Shown: piece after piece, positions 55,544 through 62,833 of the stretch
Position numbering within the stretch: the first letter of the stretch is position 1
Layout of the letters: every line of letters starts with the position of its first letter
Source: a virus
Taxonomy: Duplodnaviria; Caudoviricetes
Virus record (IMG/VR): IMGVR_UViG_3300033144_005983
Coordinates: 1 to 62,833 of that record
DNA: 62,833 nt
Reading direction: 5' to 3' (one strand)
The notes under the pieces: model-generated
What the model was told of the DNA's origin: nothing
Databases searched by the model: none
What the model saw: the letters and a program-made list of their open reading frames with translations, nothing else
Position numbers and translations under genes: made by a program

Positions 55544-57597
55544 TGGAAAATGAAAAGATAATAGTAGCTAAAAACCATATTAATCTTGACTATAATCCTA
55601 TTTATCATACGGGCCAAAATTATCTTAAGTTTATTAATACTAGCTACTTTTCTGTTTCTGCTCAACATTATCTTAAGCATAAATGTTATACACATGCTCC
55701 TTCAGGAACAACAGAATTTCTAGAATTTTGGGATGAAGAAGAAAATAGATGTAAGAATGGATATACAGTGGGTGGAGTTAGTATCACAGGTGAGCATTAC
55801 GCTTATCTCAATTATGGTAGGATACTTGCTACGGTGGGTGAAGGAAAAAGACAACGAAAAGTAGAGACCTTTCCCCGATTTTTAGATATGGATTACTATT
55901 GGTATCACGAGCTTGACCAAGCTGAAAAGAATGGTGAAGGGATGATAGTAGTAAAGGCACGGCGGAAAGGATTTTCTTACAAGAATGCCTTTGGTATGGT
56001 ATGGCGATATAATTGGTTTCCGTATTCTATATCAATACTAGCTGCATTTGAAAAAACATTCTGGGCTAATACTATGGAGATGGCTAAATCTATGATAAAC
56101 TTTATTAATGATAATACTGATTGGGCAAAAGGATATTTAGTAGACAGACAAGAAACTGTTAAAAGTGGATATGTAGTAAAAAATAGAGATGGAATAGCTG
56201 TCCAAAAAGGATTTAAATCTGAAATACTAGCGCTATCATTTAAAGACAGCCCACAAAAATCAGTAGGACGGACTGCAGAACGCATGCTTTTTGAGGAAGC
56301 TGGTGACTGGCCTGGATTGCTTCAGGCATATCAGCGTTCATATCCTTTATTCAAAGATGGTAATATAATGGTAGGAATTCCTATTATTTACGGAACAGGC
56401 GGTAACTCAAAGAACGGCACTAACTTCGATTTCGAAGAGATGTTTTATAACCCATCGTTTTACGGACTAAGATCTTACGAGAACATATATGATGAGAATA
56501 CAGTAGGAGAATGTGGGTGGTTTGTAGATGAACAATGGTATAGACCTCCTTTTGTAGATAAACAAGGGAATCATTTACGTGCAGAAGCAACCAAAGATGT
56601 AGACTTAGAAAGAGAAGAAAAGAAAGCAGTCCAACCTGTAGCTTATAATCTTTTTATTACTCAGCATCCCAAGACTCCAAAAGAAGCATTCCTTAGACCT
56701 GAAGGTGCAGTCTTTCCAGTCGTCGAACTTTATAAAGTTCTTAATAGACTCAAGTCAGATAATAAATATAAAAAACTAGGAGATCCTGGAATGTTAGTAC
56801 GTTCTGATAATGACAAACATCCTGTAAAATTTGAAATGGATATGGAGAATAGACTTCATCCTATTACTAAATACCCACATAAACCAAATGACCCTCAACA
56901 AGGATGTATAATTGTTTATCAACATCCCCCTTCCCATATTCCTCAAGGGCTATATAAGATTGGGCTTGATCCTGTTGCTTTTGATAAAGCAGGCGGAAAG
57001 TCTTTGAATGCTGCTTATGTTTACAAATCTTTTAATAAATTTGATTTTGGTTACGACGAGATTGTAGCTGAATATGTGGGAAGACCTGAGAATATAGAAA
57101 TATATCATAAAAATCTCGAGATGCTCTCGCAATACTACGGAGATGCAAAGATCATGTTTGAGAATGATCGAGGTGAAGTTCTATCTTATTTTAAGAGAAA
57201 AGGAAAACTCTACCTTCTTGCAGATCAACCAGATAATGTAATATCCAAGGTTATCAAAAATAGCACAGTAGCTAGAATCAAGGGGTGTCACATGAATGAA
57301 AGAATGAAGGACGCAGGAGAAAAGTATATACTACGTTGGTTATGGAGTGAAAGAGGAAAAAATTCAGATAACGAACTTGTATATAATATGGATCTTATAC
57401 CTTCCATAGCATTAGTAGAAGAATTAATTGCGTATAATAGAAAAGGAAACTTTGATAGAGTCATGGGTTTTATGCAACTGATGTTTATGATCGAAGAAGA
57501 ATACGAAGAAGAGATAGATGAAGTAGCACCTAAAAATATGGTTATAGACTTTCTACTCGGTAACTTAAAAAACAGTAATAAAATTAGCACATTATGA
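55543..57597 (+). CDS. terL: Terminase large subunit
   Basis: VKARRKGFSY (Walker A), LFEEAG (Walker B), GTGG, IGLDP nuclease motif, FEND, NFDRV. Confidence 0.95.
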   Translation: MENEKIIVAKNHINLDYNPIYHTGQNYLKFINTSYFSVSAQHYLKHKCYTHAPSGTTEFLEFWDEEENRCKNGYTVGGVSITGEHYAYLNYGRILATVGEGKRQRKVETFPRFLDMDYYWYHELDQAEKNGEGMIVVKARRKGFSYKNAFGMVWRYNWFPYSISILAAFEKTFWANTMEMAKSMINFINDNTDWAKGYLVDRQETVKSGYVVKNRDGIAVQKGFKSEILALSFKDSPQKSVGRTAERMLFEEAGDWPGLLQAYQRSYPLFKDGNIMVGIPIIYGTGGNSKNGTNFDFEEMFYNPSFYGLRSYENIYDENTVGECGWFVDEQWYRPPFVDKQGNHLRAEATKDVDLEREEKKAVQPVAYNLFITQHPKTPKEAFLRPEGAVFPVVELYKVLNRLKSDNKYKKLGDPGMLVRSDNDKHPVKFEMDMENRLHPITKYPHKPNDPQQGCIIVYQHPPSHIPQGLYKIGLDPVAFDKAGGKSLNAAYVYKSFNKFDFGYDEIVAEYVGRPENIEIYHKNLEMLSQYYGDAKIMFENDRGEVLSYFKRKGKLYLLADQPDNVISKVIKNSTVARIKGCHMNERMKDAGEKYILRWLWSERGKNSDNELVYNMDLIPSIALVEELIAYNRKGNFDRVMGFMQLMFMIEEEYEEEIDEVAPKNMVIDFLLGNLKNSNKISTL

Positions 57598-59987
57598 GCC
57601 ATTATTTTCCACAGCAGAAACTAACTGATGCCGCAAAAAACAGAAATAAACAACAATGGGCAAAAAATGTAATAGACTCCTTAGATACATATAGGTTTAC
57701 TAGTATAAATGGAACAGATGATCGAATACGTAAAAAACTTAATTATGATCTTTTTAACGGACAGCTTTCACCTGAAGATTTTGATTATGTATTAAAACCA
57801 TATGGACAAGATATGGGAGATATGCCAGCAGAGTTACGAAACTATGATATAACAAGTCCTAAACTACGAGTACTATTCGGCGAAGAAATAAAAAGGCCAT
57901 TTAATTTTAGAGTAACTACTGTTAATCCCGAAGCAGTTTCAGTACGTGAAAAAGAAAAAATGAGGCTATTAAAAAAATATGTGGCTGAAAGAATTCAAAT
58001 GCAGATCCAAGAAGAGATCAAAAAAGAAGAAATGCAAATAGCAGGTATGCCTGCAGAAGAACAAGAAAAAGCAATTGAAGCTATTACTCAAGAAATGACT
58101 CCTCCAGATATCGAGCTGTATATGAAAAGAGAATATAGATCCAACGAAGAGATAACAGCGCAAAATTTAATTAACTTCCTAATTAAGAAAGAAACAGTTA
58201 GGGATAAATTTAATAAAGGCTGGAGACATGCACTAATTGCAGGAGAAGAAGCTTATTGGATTGGTATTGTAAATGGAGAACCAAAACTAAATGTAGTAAA
58301 CCCTCTTTATTTTCAATACGATAAAGATCCTGATATTGAATATATCCAAGACGGACAATGGGCAAAGTACGAAATGAGAATGACTCCTGGATCTGTAATT
58401 GATACATTCGGAGAATATCTTACATCAAAACAAATAAGTAATCTTTATGAAGATAATGTGTCTGATCCAAATTCAGATCCGCTTGCTTGGGAAGGAGGTA
58501 TTGATACAGATATTTTTGATAACTATATTACATTTGATTTCGATACTCAAAACGACTCATCACGATTTATTAGGGTAGTACATGTAGAATGGAGATCTTT
58601 AAGGAAGATTGGTTTTCTTGAGTACATGGATATTAATGGAGAAGTACAAGAAACAATAGTTAATGACACATATAAAAAGGATAAAGAAAAAGGAGATATT
58701 TCTTTAGAATGGCAATGGGTTCCTGAAATATGGGAAGGAACAAAAATCGGAAATGAGATCTATGTGAACATGAGGCCAAAACCTAATCAACATAGAGATA
58801 TAGATAATATCTTTACATGTAAATTAGGATTCTATGGAATAGCATATAATAACTTAAATGCTCAAACAGTATCTATGATTGATAGAATGAAGCCTTATCA
58901 GTATCTATATAATATAATGATGTATAGACTTGAACTTGATATAGCTTCTGATAAAGGAAAAAAATTCTTAGCAGATATTAATCAAATACCAAGTCATGCG
59001 GGAATGGACATGCAAAAATGGCTGTACTATTTTGATGCTATGGGAATAGCTTGGGTAAACCCACAAGAAGAAGGAAAACGAGGGCAAGCAAGTTCATTTA
59101 ATCAATGGCAAACCCTTGACTTATCTATGGGACAAACTATTGCTCAAAAAGTACAAATGCTAGAATATCTAGAAAATCAAGCAGGTGAAGTAGCAGGTGT
59201 AACTAAACAAAGAGAAGGACAAATCGGTCCATCAGAATTAGCCACCAATGCAAGACAAGCTGTAGTTCAGTCAAGTCATATTACTGAAGAATGGTTTCAT
59301 GCACATAATAGTCTAAAAAGAGAAGTATTAACAGGACTCTTAGAAGCATCTAAAGTAGCTTATGCGGCTGAACCAAAGAAAATCCAATATGTTCTAGATG
59401 ATATGTCAATAAGTACATTAGTATTAGATGAAGGATTTTCAGAAGCAAGCTATGGTATATTCTTATCTGACTCTGCAAGAGATCAAGAAACAATGGAGAT
59501 CTTAAAACAGTTGACACATGCAGCATTGCAAAACCAACAAGCAGATCTTTCAGATATTGTTTCTATGTTATCAAGTAATTCTCCTGAAGAAATTAAAACC
59601 CTTCTTCAAGCTGCTGAAGAGAAGAAAAGAGAACAAGCTCTTCAACAACAACGTGAACAACTTGAAGCTCAAAAACAAATGCAAGAAAAACAATTGGCTA
59701 GTGATCAAGATAAACAAGAATTTGATAAGTATAAAGCAGATACTAATAATCAAACTAAAATCACTGTTGCAGAAATTGGAGCACATTCTCGAGAAGACAA
59801 TGACAAGAACAATAATCAGGTTCCCGACGATCTTGAAGTACAAAGACTTCAAACAGAAACTCAAGTCAATAACCAAAAAGCTTCTATTGAGGAACAAAAA
59901 ATAGCCTTAAAAGAAAAAGAGCTTAGAACTAAAGAAAGGATAGAAAGTAAGAAATTAAAACAAGCAAAGAAAAAAGATAAGAAATGA
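57594..59987 (+). CDS. Portal protein
   Basis: 797 aa, directly after terL; L.GEEIKRP, KPYQYLYNI, GVTKQREGQI; Q/E/K-rich coiled-coil tail. Confidence 0.9.
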   Translation: MSHYFPQQKLTDAAKNRNKQQWAKNVIDSLDTYRFTSINGTDDRIRKKLNYDLFNGQLSPEDFDYVLKPYGQDMGDMPAELRNYDITSPKLRVLFGEEIKRPFNFRVTTVNPEAVSVREKEKMRLLKKYVAERIQMQIQEEIKKEEMQIAGMPAEEQEKAIEAITQEMTPPDIELYMKREYRSNEEITAQNLINFLIKKETVRDKFNKGWRHALIAGEEAYWIGIVNGEPKLNVVNPLYFQYDKDPDIEYIQDGQWAKYEMRMTPGSVIDTFGEYLTSKQISNLYEDNVSDPNSDPLAWEGGIDTDIFDNYITFDFDTQNDSSRFIRVVHVEWRSLRKIGFLEYMDINGEVQETIVNDTYKKDKEKGDISLEWQWVPEIWEGTKIGNEIYVNMRPKPNQHRDIDNIFTCKLGFYGIAYNNLNAQTVSMIDRMKPYQYLYNIMMYRLELDIASDKGKKFLADINQIPSHAGMDMQKWLYYFDAMGIAWVNPQEEGKRGQASSFNQWQTLDLSMGQTIAQKVQMLEYLENQAGEVAGVTKQREGQIGPSELATNARQAVVQSSHITEEWFHAHNSLKREVLTGLLEASKVAYAAEPKKIQYVLDDMSISTLVLDEGFSEASYGIFLSDSARDQETMEILKQLTHAALQNQQADLSDIVSMLSSNSPEEIKTLLQAAEEKKREQALQQQREQLEAQKQMQEKQLASDQDKQEFDKYKADTNNQTKITVAEIGAHSREDNDKNNNQVPDDLEVQRLQTETQVNNQKASIEEQKIALKEKELRTKERIESKKLKQAKKKDKK

Positions 59988-62833
59988 ACCGTCCTAAACC
60001 TGAAATAAGATTTATAGGAGAAGAAGATGAAGAACAAGAGTTTACAACTGATTTATCTCCAATAGAAGAAGGACAATTTATGGCATGGTATAGAAAAATG
60101 TCAGAAACTTTGCAACTTTCTCCTAATCCCGACGACAGGTTACACTATTATGATTATAGAGGATACTGGAAAGAAAATCCACTAGAGATTCTAGAAAGAG
60201 GAGATCATTTTGGAGACAAGTTTAAAAGACCAGGACATCCTACATTTTCAGACCAATCCCAATACTCTGCTCAAAAAGGAGGAAGTAATATATATGGAGG
60301 AGTATGGGATGGAAAGAATTTTGTACATTCTAAAGATACCGATCAACATGCAGACAGAACTGATGAGTATCTTGAAGGCTCAGGAGAAGAAGCAATTTAT
60401 GAGGGAGGAGATTTAGAAGAAATAGAAGTAACTCCTCAATATGATTCAAGTGGTTCTGTTTCAAGTGAAAAAGCTAAAGAGATTTTAAGACACGGTACAA
60501 TCCGTGGAAAAGGAATTACTGATAAACAAAAAAGGTACTTTGGGTTTATAGCAGGAGGGGGAAAACCTAAATACCATGCATCAGGAAATGTTAATGTCCA
60601 ATATGCACATACCCATGCACCAGGGGAAGATAGAACAGGTCATGACGCAGGAGAAAAAAAGTTAGATGTTACAGCGTCAGGAGTAATAACTCCAGAAGAA
60701 TTAGAAAGAAGAAAAACTCAATATACTATTTATGGGAGTAAAAAAGATGAAATAGAGCAATACGAAACAGATGAAATAACCCAAACAGATGAAAGTCAGA
60801 TAATATATGATGATCCTAGTAGTAGATATACAGAAAGAACTAAAATGAACCCTGATTGGGTAACAAAAAATCTATGGGAAAATCGTTACGAAGGCGATAT
60901 AAAATATCTAACAGATACAGAACTAGGAAAATTTCTTCAAAAAGAAAGACTACAAGATAGAGTAATGATGAATGATTTTGTAATTACTCCTACTGAAATG
61001 GCTCTTTTAAATTATAAAAGGCCAAAAAAACTAGAACATTTAGATAAAGAGGATAACCTATATAAAAGTTCTCAACAACTTGAAGAAACATGGTGTCCAG
61101 AAGGATTAAAAAAAGGATGTCTAGGAAGTGCAAATGCTGCATATGATTTAAGAGCCGAACAAGCTGGATTACCTACATCAATGCAAATAAAAGAAAAAGC
61201 GGGAGTACTTTCTCAAAGTAAAGAAGATATGAGTAAAAGATATCCTCTATATGAAGAAAATAGATCAGAAAAATGGCTAGTAGAAGATAAAATAAACAAA
61301 CTTGAAAATAAAGAAGATATAAATGAAACTGAAGCAGCTGGACTTTCTAATCTAAGATACGAGCTCAATAAGCTTGATGAAATGATAGAGAATGATGAAA
61401 ATTCATTTAAAGAATGGCATATGGAATTTACAAAAAACCATCCTTATCTAAGTGGTCCTACTAATCTAGGCGATGCATTTCATAGAGATTTCTCACCAGA
61501 CAGTTGGACACTTCCTGCAGCCTATGTAAAACAAGGAGGAACACTTCTATATAATAGAATGGATCATGTTCCTAAACTTCGTAATGGAAAAGTAGATCAA
61601 GCTAAAGAAATAAAAACACCACACGGAGATATCTTTGAAATGGATATTGACGGAAAATATCTTTACCCCGATAAAGTAAAAGATCTTTGGTCAACTATAA
61701 GTGTAGGTTCTATATTCTCAATGGGTTCAGGAGAACTAGCTATAGATCTAATGAGTCCTAAAAGATTAAAAGAGCAAAGAGAGAAAAGAGGAAAACCTAA
61801 CTATAATCAAGAAGAGCTTGGTATGGCATGGGCGGGCCATAGTCTAGAAGTTGTAGGCTGGACTCCATCTGGAGAACCAATTCTATATGATGGATTTTAT
61901 GGACCAAAAGGAACTCTTGTACCTAACACTTATCCAGATGAAGAAGGAAATGATATAACTGAATATGAAGTAGATGCTTATGGAGCAGGAGCGGGTAGAG
62001 GATATCATACTTTTTCAAATATGCTAATGACTTTGTGGAAAAGAGGCTACAGAATGCAAGGAATTACAGCACCTCCAGGTACTCAAAAGAATACTTTTAA
62101 AAATATGATGGAAGAAGGAACCGCTCTAGAAGTTATGACTAACTATGATACTGAATATGTTCGAAGTCTAGCTAATCTGTTAGAAGATAACAAACTAGAA
62201 TTAGGAGATAGCTTAGATATAGATGTTAATGCCACACAAAAATTTGTAGATACTTTAGGCAATATCAAAGCAAATTTTAAGAATCTAACAGGAATGGGAG
62301 ATGAAGAATACGACAGTCTTGCAGATATCGCCGTTGCATTGGGAATAAATGAAACATCAGGAATGGGGGGAAGCTTTAAAGCCCAAGGAATTTCCCATCC
62401 TCTTATAGATAGGGAAGGGGATACTCAAGGATTTACTCAATTAAATATGGAGAACATAACAGGAAAATACGGAGAAGATCATCCTGATGTATTAGCAGGA
62501 GTAAAAAAGAAGGGCGACGTCCGAGACGAACTTTTAAATAAAAGATATAAACAATTAGATGCAAGATGGAGAGAATCAAGGGGAAGAAGTCTTGATATAC
62601 AAAATCCCGAAGATGCCGCTGCGCTAACTATGATATATATATCGGAAGCGCATAAAAGAGCAATGAAAGATTACAATACAGGCAGACGACCATCCGAAAG
62701 AACTTTTAAGCCGCCAACAGACGAACAAATAACCAAGTCTTATATTAAAAACCCGCAAGCATATTTACCATTGGTAGATCTACCAGGAGGATCAACTTGG
62801 AATGACGATGGATTTTTAGTAGCAGATACAGAT
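59984..62833 (+). CDS. Large virion-associated protein with peptidoglycan-hydrolase-like domains, 3'-truncated (at least 950 aa)
   Basis: Open from ATG 59984 (ATGA overlap) to the window end and absent from the ORF track. GCLGSA..GHSLEVVGW (Cys/His) and INETS..QGFTQL..NPEDAA (SLT-like). Confidence 0.8.
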   Translation, partial: MNRPKPEIRFIGEEDEEQEFTTDLSPIEEGQFMAWYRKMSETLQLSPNPDDRLHYYDYRGYWKENPLEILERGDHFGDKFKRPGHPTFSDQSQYSAQKGGSNIYGGVWDGKNFVHSKDTDQHADRTDEYLEGSGEEAIYEGGDLEEIEVTPQYDSSGSVSSEKAKEILRHGTIRGKGITDKQKRYFGFIAGGGKPKYHASGNVNVQYAHTHAPGEDRTGHDAGEKKLDVTASGVITPEELERRKTQYTIYGSKKDEIEQYETDEITQTDESQIIYDDPSSRYTERTKMNPDWVTKNLWENRYEGDIKYLTDTELGKFLQKERLQDRVMMNDFVITPTEMALLNYKRPKKLEHLDKEDNLYKSSQQLEETWCPEGLKKGCLGSANAAYDLRAEQAGLPTSMQIKEKAGVLSQSKEDMSKRYPLYEENRSEKWLVEDKINKLENKEDINETEAAGLSNLRYELNKLDEMIENDENSFKEWHMEFTKNHPYLSGPTNLGDAFHRDFSPDSWTLPAAYVKQGGTLLYNRMDHVPKLRNGKVDQAKEIKTPHGDIFEMDIDGKYLYPDKVKDLWSTISVGSIFSMGSGELAIDLMSPKRLKEQREKRGKPNYNQEELGMAWAGHSLEVVGWTPSGEPILYDGFYGPKGTLVPNTYPDEEGNDITEYEVDAYGAGAGRGYHTFSNMLMTLWKRGYRMQGITAPPGTQKNTFKNMMEEGTALEVMTNYDTEYVRSLANLLEDNKLELGDSLDIDVNATQKFVDTLGNIKANFKNLTGMGDEEYDSLADIAVALGINETSGMGGSFKAQGISHPLIDREGDTQGFTQLNMENITGKYGEDHPDVLAGVKKKGDVRDELLNKRYKQLDARWRESRGRSLDIQNPEDAAALTMIYISEAHKRAMKDYNTGRRPSERTFKPPTDEQITKSYIKNPQAYLPLVDLPGGSTWNDDGFLVADTD

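Noticed and set aside
60047-60061. Third TDLSP copy as part of the polyprotein linker motif
   Set aside because: Only five residues match and it appears to be the start of that protein's own N-terminal domain, so chance is likely
59518-60416. Alternate-frame ORFs in the portal gene and the following gene
   Set aside because: Low-complexity frame shadows of the real ORFs
1-62833. Stop-codon reassignment, as seen in some crAss-like phages
   Set aside because: Conserved genes are full-length under the standard code; TAG (polA), TGA (portal, terL) and TAA all act as stops, and no suppressor tRNA was seen

Overview
This 62.8-kb, AT-rich window is a fragment of a crAss-like (Crassvirales-type, phi14:2-like) dsDNA phage, probably infecting Bacteroidota/Flavobacteria, read in the standard genetic code. 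It has three blocks. (1) 1-23.9 kb, + strand: virion cargo genes, dominated by a 7315-aa virion RNA polymerase polyprotein (DFDVD catalytic motif). By motif reading it also carries macro-like, zincin, AlkB, ASCH, SLOG, SF1-helicase and 2H-phosphoesterase modules. (2) 24.2-50.1 kb, - strand: replication and early genes (PolA, MoxR+VWA, PD-(D/E)XK nuclease, RusA-like, primase, SSB, annealase, DnaB, SF2 helicase, kinase, L,D-transpeptidase, many small ORFs). This block includes an ORF-poor island of structured RNA, with an 80-nt tmRNA made only of the tRNA-like domain sitting directly upstream of a ~690-nt GOLLD-like RNA, plus two covarying repeat motifs. (3) 50.5-62.8 kb, + strand: late genes (HU/IHF-like, lysis cassette with a probable -1 frameshift, amidase, terminase, portal, and a truncated CHAP/SLT-like protein). 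All calls come from reading motifs by eye; no database or folding searches were run.
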